A DNA stretch of 64,000 bases from Candidatus Coprovivens sp. (GTDB lineage: Bacteria > Bacillota_I > Bacilli_A > RF39 > UBA660), in assembly GCA_051886175.1 (NCBI GenBank), contig JBJEXV010000066.1:8996-72995 (forward strand). The letters run 5' to 3'. Each line of letters opens with the position of its first letter. The stretch's first letter is position 1. Below the pieces are notes generated by a model. It was given only the letters and a program-made list of their open reading frames with translations, did no database searches and was not told the DNA's origin. Below, piece after piece: positions 1-8,603 of the stretch. The position numbers and the translations under genes are program-made.

Positions 1-1
1 A

Positions 2-181
2 ATGAAGAGATTAGCTCCATTAGGAATTAAGATTGATGAAGCAGCAAATGATAATATTGCTAGTTATAAAGATGTTAACGAAGGTGTTATCAGTACTGAA
101 GATTCTTCTGTAAGAGTAGAAGTAGTTCCTACAAATGAAGAAATAATGATTATTAAAGATACTTATGAATTAACTAAGTAA
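2..181 (+). CDS. ackA: acetate kinase, C-terminal fragment (gene begins upstream of window)
   Basis: Frame 2 reads ...LGIKIDEAANDN...STEDSSVRVEVVPTNEEIMIIKDTYELTK*. The V-(I/V)-PTNEE-(L/I)-MI motif is the conserved acetate kinase C-terminus. Stop TAA at 179-181. Confidence 0.7.
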   Translation: MKRLAPLGIKIDEAANDNIASYKDVNEGVISTEDSSVRVEVVPTNEEIMIIKDTYELTK

Positions 182-218
182 TTTAAAGTATTAAAGAAAT
201 AAAGAGGAGAGGGATTAG

Positions 219-1193
219 ATGTTTAATTCGAAGTTTAAAAATATATATAGGAAGATTAAGCAATATAATACTATTGTTATTGCAAGACACACTAGTCCTG
301 ATCCAGATGCTGTAGCTAGTCAAATTGCTTTAAGAGATGCTATTAAGTTAACATTCCCTAAGAAGAATGTATATGCTGTTGGTGTTTCTGTAGCTAAGTT
401 TAAAACATATGGAGTTTTAGATAAAATAGATGAAACTACATTTAAAGAAGATGCTTTATTAATTGCACTTGATGTACCTAATATTTCTAGAATAGATGGT
501 GTTGATCCTAATGTATTTAAAGAAATATTTAAAATTGATCATCATCCAAGTGATGAAACATTTGGTGAATGTGATTGGAAAGATGAAACATCTTCTAGTA
601 CTTGTCAAATGATAATAGAATTATTATTAGATACAGGTATGAAATTTGATCGTAAGATAGCAGAAAATTTATTTATGGGTGTTGTATCAGATAGTGATAG
701 ATTCTTAATTAGTTATACATCTAGTAAAACGTTTAAATTAATTGCTGAATTAATTGATAAATCACAAATTGATTTTACTAAGTTATATTCTAATTTATAT
801 GAAAGACCTTATAGTGAAATTAAATTCCATGGTTATTTATCTGATAATTTAAATATAACTGAAAATGGTTTTGCTTATTTGATAATAACTCCTGAAATAT
901 TAAAGGAATATAATGTTGATTCTGCGACACCATCTAATATGATTAATGATTTTAGTAATATTAAAGGAGTATATGTATGGATGTTTGCAACTTATGATGA
1001 ACGTAATGAACTATATAAAGTTAATATAAGAAGTAAAGGTCCAGTTATTAATGATACTGCTGCTATGTATGGTGGTGGAGGTCATAAATATGCTTCTGGT
1101 GCAAGAATTAGAGAAAAATCAGAGATTGATAAATTAATTAAATCTCTTGATGAAGAATGTATTCAATATAAAGAAAGCTTACTAAGTGATTAG
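219..1193 (+). CDS. nrnA: DHH/DHHA1 phosphoesterase, NrnA-like oligoribonuclease/pAp phosphatase
   Basis: SD GAGGAGAGGG upstream. Motifs ARHTSPDPDAVAS, IDHHPS (DHH) and GGGGHKYASGA (DHHA1 GGGH). Length 324 aa is typical. Confidence 0.8.
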   Translation: MFNSKFKNIYRKIKQYNTIVIARHTSPDPDAVASQIALRDAIKLTFPKKNVYAVGVSVAKFKTYGVLDKIDETTFKEDALLIALDVPNISRIDGVDPNVFKEIFKIDHHPSDETFGECDWKDETSSSTCQMIIELLLDTGMKFDRKIAENLFMGVVSDSDRFLISYTSSKTFKLIAELIDKSQIDFTKLYSNLYERPYSEIKFHGYLSDNLNITENGFAYLIITPEILKEYNVDSATPSNMINDFSNIKGVYVWMFATYDERNELYKVNIRSKGPVINDTAAMYGGGGHKYASGARIREKSEIDKLIKSLDEECIQYKESLLSD

Positions 1194-1247
1194 TAAGCTT
1201 TTTATATTTATTAATATTTTAAAATATAGTATAATTTTATAAGATAG

Positions 1248-1946
1248 ATGGTGTTTATTATGGAAATAAAGGATAGTGCTTTAAAACAAGTATTGCAAGA
1301 GTATCATGATACTCTTAAAGATGATTTTAGTAAATATGAGATGAGTGTTATTAAAGAACTTTATCTTGATAATGATAGTGATATAGATGCCAACTTAATT
1401 GACTTGAAAGATTTTACTTATTTAGAAAAAGTAGTTATTAGAGATATATTTGTAAATAGAGAAATGTTAAATAATATATGTAAACTTAAGAATTTAAGAA
1501 GAATTAGTTTTTATAATTGTAATATAAGTGATTTAAGAATATTAACTGAAGCTAATATATGTGAATTAGTTATTGATGGATGTGTATTTGAAGATATAGT
1601 AGTTTTAAATAATATGGATTGTTTAGAAGACTTATATTTGGATAATAATGAAGTTGTTGATTTAAAAGATTTAGTTATTATTAGAAGATTAAAAAAATTA
1701 AGTTTAAGTAATGTAAAGATAGTTAATCCTGAACAATTTATTTATATGAATGAGATAGAATCTTTAAGAGTAGATGGAACTAGTGTTAAAGATATAACAC
1801 CATTATTAAGCATGGATAAATTGAAATTATTAGTAATAGATAAAGAACAAGCTATTTATAATAAGAATTATATAAGTGAATTTAAAGATAAAGGAATTAG
1901 TGTAGTAGATCCTTCAAATAGAGATGTGGTGATCTATTATGGCTGA
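1248..1946 (+). CDS. leucine-rich-repeat protein (internalin-like LRR, no signal peptide seen)
   Basis: Repeating ~22-aa units with the LxxLxLxxNxI pattern (LKNLRRISFYNCNISDL, LEDLYLDNNEVVDLKDL, LKKLSLSNVKIVN). Alternative start at ATG 1260. Confidence 0.6.
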   Translation: MVFIMEIKDSALKQVLQEYHDTLKDDFSKYEMSVIKELYLDNDSDIDANLIDLKDFTYLEKVVIRDIFVNREMLNNICKLKNLRRISFYNCNISDLRILTEANICELVIDGCVFEDIVVLNNMDCLEDLYLDNNEVVDLKDLVIIRRLKKLSLSNVKIVNPEQFIYMNEIESLRVDGTSVKDITPLLSMDKLKLLVIDKEQAIYNKNYISEFKDKGISVVDPSNRDVVIYYG

Positions 1947-4197
1947 TTATAGATATAGGTTAGTACCAACACCTACTAAAGTTGATAGTACATATTTATA
2001 TCAGTTAATGGACTTTATTAAGAGACATCCTAATGAAGATATTGCTATTAATTTTAAAAATACTAAAGAATTTAGTTTAACTGATATTAGAAAAATAGAA
2101 GGTGTTTCTAATGGTAGAGTTTATATTAGGGTTGAAGGTGGATATGATCAACATCGTATAGATAGTTATCCAGATACTACTTATGTTAATATGCATAAGT
2201 ATGATATTATTTATTCTATTGCAGAAACTAAGAGGATATTAACTGAGATAGAAAAAATTGAAAAAGGAATTAATCCTAATTGGAGTCAAGAACAAAAATT
2301 AATGTACTTTGTTGGGACATTAAAAAATAAGATTATATACCATCCTTTTCATGAAACTGCAGCATCTAAAGATATTAGAAGTTTAAGAGGTTTATTTTCA
2401 CATAATACTGTATGTGCTGGTTATGCAGTTATATTAAAAGAATTATGTGATAGAAATGGTATAGAGTGTCAATATGTAGAGGGTGCTTGTAAGAAAGAAG
2501 ATTATGATAAAGGATGGTTAACTCATGCTTGGAATATCGTTAAAATAAATGGTAATTATTTCCCTTTAGATTTGACATGGAATGCTGGTAGTAATGCTAG
2601 TGGTAAGACAATGTCGATATCTGATTTAGCAAATGTTAATGAATTTGTTAAGTCACATATTCCAGGTAAACATGAAGTAATACAAGATTATAGAAGAACT
2701 TTAAAGAGTATAGATGGTCAGTATTTAACTGCGATGAATAATTTAGTTAATAAAGATATGACTTATGAACTATCTACACTTCATATTACCAAAAAAGATG
2801 GAACTAAGTTACATTTGAATCAAGTTGAGGAGTTTGTTGTAGATAATAAATCTGTATTTAAATATGTTTGTTTTAAAGAAGATAATAAAGGCAATATAAG
2901 TACACCACATATTTTTTATAGTACTACTAATGCATTAAATGTAGTGCGTGGTTGTAGAAAGAAAAAGAAATTACAAAAAGAGTTAGAAACAGCTAAGAAA
3001 AATGGTTGGACTAAAGATGTTGAAAGAATTACTAAAACGTTAGTTGGTAGTGAACACTTAGAAGTTGCGAATGATACTCTTGATAATTTATTATTTTCTG
3101 ATGCTAATTTAAGAGCTGCTGTAAAAAGAGGAGATTCTTTTATTGGTGGTGTTAGGGTAGAACGTCGTGATGATAAATCGACATATGTTGATGGAGTTTA
3201 CGTTGATCCTTTATTTGGTAAAAAAATAGCTAAGAATCAAAGAACTTTTAAAAGAAGTGATGGGACTTCATTTGTTATTGAAGAATTGGGTAATTTAGAT
3301 ATTGGTAATAATAAGTCAGTATTTAGATATAAATTATTTGAATATTTAAAAGTAGATGGTAGATATGTTGTTAAGAAGAATACTATATTTACTGATCAAA
3401 GTTTAATGTATGATAATAGACAACAATTAGCAGATGATTTCTTATCAAGAAGTAGATTAGATAGAAAAGCTAGTGAAACTGCTGGATATTTAGGTTATTA
3501 TTCTAAGAATAATGTAAGAACATATGATCCAAATAGTAATGAATATTTTAAAAAGGGATTATATCGAAGATATATGATGACTAGTAATGCTGTTAAAAAT
3601 TATGTACCAGAGTTAACATTTAATGATATGAAACGTATGGTTAAGACTTACAGTTATGAACAAGTTAATGGTAAATGGGATATAGTTAATAGAAGAACTA
3701 AACAAGTAGTTACAGATCCTGTATTAAAAGAACAAATTCAATTTTCATTAGTATGGTTACGTACAGCAGGGATTAAAGCAATGCCGAATGATGAAGTGTA
3801 TGGATATTATTATGCATTTGAAGTTAAGGATGCAGAGAAAATATTTAATACTATATCGGCTTTAATAGTTGAAAGTATTAATAAAACAGGTAATATTGAT
3901 CCTGTTGCTATATATCAAAAAGTAATGGAAAAACATGATATGTATAAACATACAGAAGATATTGTTTTAAGGTTATTTGAACATCAACAAAATATAAATA
4001 TTGTTAATAAATATTTTAGAGCAAGAAATCCTTCTGCATTAAGAGAGAAGACTTCTATTCAACCAATTTTTAAAAATGGTATGGGATGGCAACAACTTAA
4101 TGAAAAAAGAAGACAACTTGAAGAAGAAAAGAAACAATTAATGGAAGTTATTGAACGTAATGGACAAGTAGAAATTGTTCCGGCAATAAGAAGATAA
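1939..4197 (+). CDS. transglutaminase-like (cysteine protease fold) domain protein, 752 aa
   Basis: Core motif VCAGYAVILKELCDRNGIECQYVEG...THAWNIVKINGNYFPLDLTW (Cys...His...Asp arrangement of transglutaminase-like enzymes). Overlaps the upstream LRR gene by 8 nt, suggesting translational coupling. Confidence 0.65.
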   Translation: MADYRYRLVPTPTKVDSTYLYQLMDFIKRHPNEDIAINFKNTKEFSLTDIRKIEGVSNGRVYIRVEGGYDQHRIDSYPDTTYVNMHKYDIIYSIAETKRILTEIEKIEKGINPNWSQEQKLMYFVGTLKNKIIYHPFHETAASKDIRSLRGLFSHNTVCAGYAVILKELCDRNGIECQYVEGACKKEDYDKGWLTHAWNIVKINGNYFPLDLTWNAGSNASGKTMSISDLANVNEFVKSHIPGKHEVIQDYRRTLKSIDGQYLTAMNNLVNKDMTYELSTLHITKKDGTKLHLNQVEEFVVDNKSVFKYVCFKEDNKGNISTPHIFYSTTNALNVVRGCRKKKKLQKELETAKKNGWTKDVERITKTLVGSEHLEVANDTLDNLLFSDANLRAAVKRGDSFIGGVRVERRDDKSTYVDGVYVDPLFGKKIAKNQRTFKRSDGTSFVIEELGNLDIGNNKSVFRYKLFEYLKVDGRYVVKKNTIFTDQSLMYDNRQQLADDFLSRSRLDRKASETAGYLGYYSKNNVRTYDPNSNEYFKKGLYRRYMMTSNAVKNYVPELTFNDMKRMVKTYSYEQVNGKWDIVNRRTKQVVTDPVLKEQIQFSLVWLRTAGIKAMPNDEVYGYYYAFEVKDAEKIFNTISALIVESINKTGNIDPVAIYQKVMEKHDMYKHTEDIVLRLFEHQQNINIVNKYFRARNPSALREKTSIQPIFKNGMGWQQLNEKRRQLEEEKKQLMEVIERNGQVEIVPAIRR

Positions 4198-4262
4198 CAC
4201 TATAAGAACAAATGTTCTTGATGGTGTTTTTTTCTTTTGTTATAATTATGTTAGGTGGTTTA

Positions 4263-5027
4263 ATGAAAATAATTAAGTTTAGTAAATTAAAGAGTAATAA
4301 ATATAATGTAACATTAGAAGATGGGGAAGTATTAAAGTTATATGATGATGTAATAGTTAAGTATAGTTTAATTAGATATAAAGAGATTAAAGATGAAAAA
4401 TTGGATGATTTAGTTAAGTATAATGAATCATTAGATGCTTATTATAGTGCATTAAAGTATTTAACTATTAAGATGAGATCTGAATGGGAATTAAAAAAGT
4501 ATCTTGGTAGAAAATATGAAGATGATGTTATTAATGAAACTATAAGTAAGTTAAGGAAAGATGGATATATTAATAGAGAGTTATATATTAAATGTTATGT
4601 AGATGATGCAGTAACATTAAGTAATGATGGACCAAATAAGATAAGAAAGAATTTAAGTAAGTTAGGTTTTTTTGATGATGAGATGGAATATGTAAATTCT
4701 ATAGAAGATGAAGTTTGGTTAAATAAGTTAGATATAATTATTAGTAAGAAGATTAATAGTAATCATAGATATAGTAATAATAAATTAAAAGAAAAATTGT
4801 TATATGATTTAAGTAATGAAGGTTATTACAAATGGATGATTGAACAAATAATTAAGAGTAAAGAGTTTAAAGAAGATGATGGTCTAGTCCAAAAGGAATA
4901 TGATAAGTTATATAGAAAGCTATCACGTAAGTATGATGGTAGTGAACTAAGTTATCAGATTAAACAAAGATTATATGTTAAAGGATTTAATTCTAATGAG
5001 ATAGAAAAAGTTTTTTTGAAAAATTAG
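4263..5027 (+). CDS. recX: RecX-family regulatory protein
   Basis: SD AGGTGG sits 4 nt before ATG 4263. MKIIKFSKLKSNKYNVTLEDGEVLKL... and three helical repeats (KYLGRKYEDDVINETISKLRKDGYINRELY) are typical of Firmicute RecX. The track start 4212 adds an unlikely hydrophobic extension. Confidence 0.65.
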   Translation: MKIIKFSKLKSNKYNVTLEDGEVLKLYDDVIVKYSLIRYKEIKDEKLDDLVKYNESLDAYYSALKYLTIKMRSEWELKKYLGRKYEDDVINETISKLRKDGYINRELYIKCYVDDAVTLSNDGPNKIRKNLSKLGFFDDEMEYVNSIEDEVWLNKLDIIISKKINSNHRYSNNKLKEKLLYDLSNEGYYKWMIEQIIKSKEFKEDDGLVQKEYDKLYRKLSRKYDGSELSYQIKQRLYVKGFNSNEIEKVFLKN

Positions 5028-5035
5028 AGTTTAAC

Positions 5036-5064
5036 TTGACAAGATATTTTTTTAATGTTATCTT
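5036..5064 (+). promoter_or_regulatory. putative sigma-A promoter (TTGACA-17-TATCTT with upstream TG)
   Basis: TTGACA at 5036-5041, 17-nt spacer, TATCTT at 5059-5064, TG at 5057-5058. It sits directly upstream of leader copy 1. Confidence 0.4.
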
Positions 5065-5076
5065 TTAGTCAAGTGA

Positions 5077-5165
5077 GAGCACATAGGATGCAAATCTGAG
5101 CTGTGCTGGGCGAAGAACCTACACGTATCAACGGAGTCACGAATGTTTTATTCGTGGCTCTTTTT
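5077..5165 (+). promoter_or_regulatory. unidentified structured leader plus intrinsic terminator, copy 1
   Basis: Blocks shared with copy 2: GAGC-ACATAGGA, CCTACACG (5118-5125) and CGGAGTCAC. The terminator stem gagtcacgaa (5134-5143) pairs with ttcgtggctc (5151-5160), followed by T5. Confidence 0.5.
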
Positions 5166-5217
5166 ATGTCTTTTTAAAAACACGAAGAGAACAAAAATTG
5201 AAAGGATGGTGATATTT

Positions 5218-5379
5218 ATGATGTCATGTGGTTATTTTTGGACACAACTACTATCTGTCTTTGCGTACGCGAGACAAAAAGAACAATTTAATGTACGAAG
5301 AAAATTAGACGTATGTGTTTTTGACATACATAAATATCTAAGTCTAATTGATTTTCGTACTCTTGGTGAGTATGTATAG
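5218..5379 (+). CDS. candidate small ORF (53 aa) between the two leader copies
   Basis: Strong SD AAAGGATGGTG lies 6 nt before ATG 5218. Product MMSCGYFWTQLLSVFAYARQKEQFNVRRKL... has no recognisable family. This is the internal part of track ORF 5143..5379. Confidence 0.25.
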   Translation: MMSCGYFWTQLLSVFAYARQKEQFNVRRKLDVCVFDIHKYLSLIDFRTLGEYV

Positions 5380-5398
5380 ATAATAATATTTTGATATC

Positions 5399-5468
5399 GA
5401 GCTACATAGGGATACATAAGTCCTACACGAATTATTCGGAGTCACATCGTTATGATGTGGCTCTTTTT
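5399..5468 (+). promoter_or_regulatory. unidentified structured leader plus intrinsic terminator, copy 2
   Basis: GAGCTACATAGGGA, CCTACACG (5422-5429) and CGGAGTCAC. The terminator stem gagtcacatc (5439-5448) pairs with gatgtggctc (5454-5463), followed by T5. The lower stem differs from copy 1 by compensatory changes (gaa/ttc versus atc/gat). Confidence 0.5.
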
Positions 5469-5509
5469 GCATTTTAAAAAGACAAATATTTAAGAAAAGG
5501 AAGATATAT

Positions 5510-6013
5510 ATGGAAATAGTGATGGAAACTGAAAGAATACGTTTTATTAGACCACATGTCCAATTTATACAAGATATGATAGAAATACTTAATAATCCAG
5601 ATGTATCAACTTTTTTGTCTAATACTGCATTTAATTTAACAGAAGAAGATGAAATAGAGTGGGTTAAGGAACATCAAGAAGATTTTACTTTTTTGATGGT
5701 AAATAAAGATACTAATGAGTTTATTGGTAACTGTGGTTTTAATGAAATACATGATAATGGTGGCGTTATAGGAATATTCATAAGTCCAAAATTTCAAAAT
5801 ATTGGGTTAGGAACAGAGGCCATAACCGAATTGATTAGATTCGGTTTTGAAGATCTAGATTTAGAAGCAATAAGATTGGTTGTATTTTCGCATAATGAAC
5901 GAGCGATAAGATGTTACCAAAAATTAGGATTTAGAGAATACAAAAGAGATAATGATGTCGCTAGAAGAAAAAACCAAGCTATAGATGACATCTATATGGT
6001 TTTAAGGAGATGA
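5510..6013 (+). CDS. GNAT N-acetyltransferase (RimJ/RimL-like)
   Basis: Acetyl-CoA-binding motif QNIGLGTEAITELIRFGFEDLDLEAIRLVVFSHNERAIRCYQKLGFRE. Confidence 0.75.
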   Translation: MEIVMETERIRFIRPHVQFIQDMIEILNNPDVSTFLSNTAFNLTEEDEIEWVKEHQEDFTFLMVNKDTNEFIGNCGFNEIHDNGGVIGIFISPKFQNIGLGTEAITELIRFGFEDLDLEAIRLVVFSHNERAIRCYQKLGFREYKRDNDVARRKNQAIDDIYMVLRR

Positions 6014-6040
6014 AAATAAAAAAGAGAAGAGGGGATTAAA

Positions 6041-6184
6041 ATGAATCATACTTATACAAAACGAGATCTTCTTTATTATAAGAAGGAATTGTATAAGAAG
6101 TTAAAGAAGTATTATGAAGATTATTTAGAATACTTAAAGAATTATTATGAAAATAATTTAGATTTAACTTTAAAGAAAAAATAA
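6041..6184 (+). CDS. small Tyr/Lys-rich ORF (47 aa), unannotated in the ORF track
   Basis: SD GAGAAGAGGGGA lies 7 nt before ATG 6041. Product is MNHTYTKRDLLYYKKELYKKLKKYYEDYLEYLKNYYENNLDLTLKKK*. The antisense track ORF 6036..6245 has no SD. Confidence 0.4.
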   Translation: MNHTYTKRDLLYYKKELYKKLKKYYEDYLEYLKNYYENNLDLTLKKK

Positions 6185-6229
6185 TAAAAATGAATAAATA
6201 AAAGAATAAAAAGGAGAGGGGAGATAAAC

Positions 6230-6949
6230 ATGTGGAAACTAGCACTAGAAGAGTTTATCAAAGGATATAAAGATAATCCAGAGGTAGAAGCAATACTGCT
6301 CGTAGGAAGTTATGCTGTTGGTAATCAAAATGATAAAAGTGATATAGATGTTTATGTCATATTAAATGATGAAGCAATGTGGCGTGAACGTGGTAATAAA
6401 CTTGTTAAAGGTTATTTAATAGAATACTTTATAAATCCAGTACGTTTAGTTAGGGAGTATATTTTAGAAGATAAACGTGGACATGGTGGAGCAATGGCTA
6501 ACATGTTAATGAATGGTCAAGTACTTTTAGATAAACATGGTATTGTAGATGAGCTTAAAAAAGAAGCTATAGCTGCTATACAGGTTCAGGAATACGAAAG
6601 AAATCCTATGCGATATTATGCATGTTGGTGTGCTTTTGATGAATATGAAGCGGCGGATTATCATAATGAAATGCAATATTATATTTGTTTAAAATATTTG
6701 GTCGAAGCTTATTTAGCTAATAATGGGTATTGTGTATTACCAGATCAAAAAATAGAAAAGTTTTTTAAAAATGATGAATATCGAATGCGTTATAACATAG
6801 GAAGATTTCCAAATAATGAGTTTAATGTTTTAGTTATTAAATGTTTTGATGAACCAAATCATGATAATTTAAAAGCATTATATGATTATGTTATTAATGA
6901 TGGATGTTTCGATATAAATAATTTTGTTTACAGAAATGAATTAAAATAG
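6230..6949 (+). CDS. polymerase-beta-fold nucleotidyltransferase domain protein (aminoglycoside-NTase-like)
   Basis: SD AAAGGAGAGGGGAG. N-terminal motif LLVGSYAVGNQNDKSDIDVYVIL matches the G-S...D-x-D signature of minimal nucleotidyltransferases. Confidence 0.6.
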   Translation: MWKLALEEFIKGYKDNPEVEAILLVGSYAVGNQNDKSDIDVYVILNDEAMWRERGNKLVKGYLIEYFINPVRLVREYILEDKRGHGGAMANMLMNGQVLLDKHGIVDELKKEAIAAIQVQEYERNPMRYYACWCAFDEYEAADYHNEMQYYICLKYLVEAYLANNGYCVLPDQKIEKFFKNDEYRMRYNIGRFPNNEFNVLVIKCFDEPNHDNLKALYDYVINDGCFDINNFVYRNELK

Positions 6950-6965
6950 AAAGAAGGAGATTAGG

Positions 6966-8447
6966 ATGGAACGTTTAAAACACGTCCGACCATCCATGGA
7001 GTATAAAGAAGATGCAATAAGATATATTCAAGAACATTATGAGTGTGGATCACAAATACATGGTGTAGGTGGATTAGATAAGTGTCTTAATGACTATGAA
7101 GGATGGTTAAGAAAAGTAGAAGAAGAAAGAAATATGGAACCAAGTGATACTTGGGTTCCAGCAGAAACATATTTTCTTGTAAGAGAAAGTGATAATAAAA
7201 TAGTTGGTATGATAAGTATTAGATTAACTTTAAATAAATCTTTAGAAGAATTTGGGGGACATATCGGTTATGGTATAAGACCTAGTGAAAGACAAAAAGG
7301 ATATAATAAAGTTAATTTATACTTAGCATTAAAACGATGTAATGAATTAGGAATAGAAAAAGTATATCTAGATTGTGATATAGATAATCCTGGTTCGTAT
7401 AGAACAATGGAAGCTTTAGGTGGAGTTAGAGAAAAGAAATATACTTCATCTAGACATGAAGGTGAAATATATAGATATGGTATTTTAGTAAGGGAGTCTA
7501 TTAATAAGTATCGTAGTATATATGAACCTAAAATAGTAGGTGGGGTTTTAATGGGAAAGATTGATTTATTGGATCTCAGTCGTGATACTCTTAAATACTT
7601 ACGTAGTAAAGGGATAGTTTATATTGAAGATATAGTTAAATTATCTTTAGATGAATTAGAAGAAAATCTTTATTATCGTGAGATAAAATGTATTAGAGAT
7701 TATTTACATGAAGAAGGACTTACATTAAAGGATGAATATAAAGGGATTAATTTAAGTAAGGAACAATTAGAAATACCAATTAGTAATATTGATGAAATAG
7801 ATAAACATATTAAGAAGATATTAATTAGAAGTTTAGGTATTAGAACTTTAGGAGATTTAGTTACAACACATTATGATACTATTTTAAGAACACGTAATGT
7901 AGGGGTTCATAAGATGGGTTTAATTAAGAAATATTTACATAGTATTGGTTGTAATATTCGTGGTGAAAGTGATAATTATTTAGAAATAGTTAATAAATTA
8001 AAAGAACAAGGTATTAGATTGTTAGAAGAAGATATTAAGGATCCTAAGTTATATTTAATACTTTATAAGAATGGTATTTATACATTAGATGATTTAGTTA
8101 ATTATGGACTTAAGGTCTTGGAATTACCTAATTATGGACCTTTAAGAAGAAAAGAATTAATTCGTATATTAAAGGAACTAGGTATAGATCTAGAACCAGT
8201 AGTAGTTGTTAATAATGGAGTACAAATTACTAAAAGTACAGAGGAATTAATCGAAGAAGTTCGTTTAGAAAATAGTGAGATTCGAGAACGTATAGAGAGT
8301 AAGCAAGCTATGTTATTAGAGTATGATGAATTATTAAGAGAAAGGGCTGAACTTCAAAGACGTGAAGAAGAATTAGATCAGTTAATTAAATCTAAACTAA
8401 AAGAGTTAGGTGGTAAGAGCTATGTTAAAAGACAAGGAAATAGCTAA
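6966..8447 (+). CDS. GNAT acetyltransferase fused to three RNAP alpha-CTD-like helix-hairpin-helix repeats and a C-terminal coiled coil
   Basis: The GNAT core (HIGYGIRPSERQKGYNKVNLYLALKRCNELGIEKVYLDCDIDNPGSYRTMEALGG) lies within aa 1-190. From aa 196 there are three units resembling the RpoA C-terminal domain: LDLSRDTLKYLRSKGIVYIEDIV, ILIRSLGIRTLGDLV...RNVGVHKMGLIKKYL and LILYKNGIYTLDDLV...NYGPLRRKELIRILKELGI. An in-frame internal SD (GGTGGGG) and ATG occur at 7551. Confidence 0.6.
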   Translation: MERLKHVRPSMEYKEDAIRYIQEHYECGSQIHGVGGLDKCLNDYEGWLRKVEEERNMEPSDTWVPAETYFLVRESDNKIVGMISIRLTLNKSLEEFGGHIGYGIRPSERQKGYNKVNLYLALKRCNELGIEKVYLDCDIDNPGSYRTMEALGGVREKKYTSSRHEGEIYRYGILVRESINKYRSIYEPKIVGGVLMGKIDLLDLSRDTLKYLRSKGIVYIEDIVKLSLDELEENLYYREIKCIRDYLHEEGLTLKDEYKGINLSKEQLEIPISNIDEIDKHIKKILIRSLGIRTLGDLVTTHYDTILRTRNVGVHKMGLIKKYLHSIGCNIRGESDNYLEIVNKLKEQGIRLLEEDIKDPKLYLILYKNGIYTLDDLVNYGLKVLELPNYGPLRRKELIRILKELGIDLEPVVVVNNGVQITKSTEELIEEVRLENSEIRERIESKQAMLLEYDELLRERAELQRREEELDQLIKSKLKELGGKSYVKRQGNS

Positions 8448-8586
8448 GTTAGATAAAGAGTTAGAGAATTTAGAGAGATTAATTGAAAATACTATTTTAG
8501 AAAATGAATTAATAAAGATTAATATAAAAAAGAAAGAATTATTGTTAAAAAGAATTCAATTAAATGAGATGAAGGATTATAATTAA
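8422..8586 (+). CDS. candidate small coiled-coil ORF (54 aa)
   Basis: ATG 8422 overlaps the end of the previous gene by 26 nt. Product is MLKDKEIAKLDKELENLERLIENTILENELIKINIKKKELLLKRIQLNEMKDYN*. It fills an otherwise empty 150-nt gap. Confidence 0.3.
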   Translation: MLKDKEIAKLDKELENLERLIENTILENELIKINIKKKELLLKRIQLNEMKDYN

Positions 8587-8603
8587 GATAGTAGAGGTAT
8601 TGT

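Noticed and set aside
5143-5417. Track ORFs 5143..5379 (+, full length) and 5232..5417 (-).
   Set aside because: The 5' part of the + ORF runs through the terminator T-tract of leader copy 1, and the - ORF has no SD. Only the internal 5218 start, which has a strong SD, was kept as a low-confidence candidate.
6036-6245. Track ORF 6036..6245 (-).
   Set aside because: It has no SD and a hydrophobic low-complexity product. The opposite strand has a better small ORF and the SD of the next gene.
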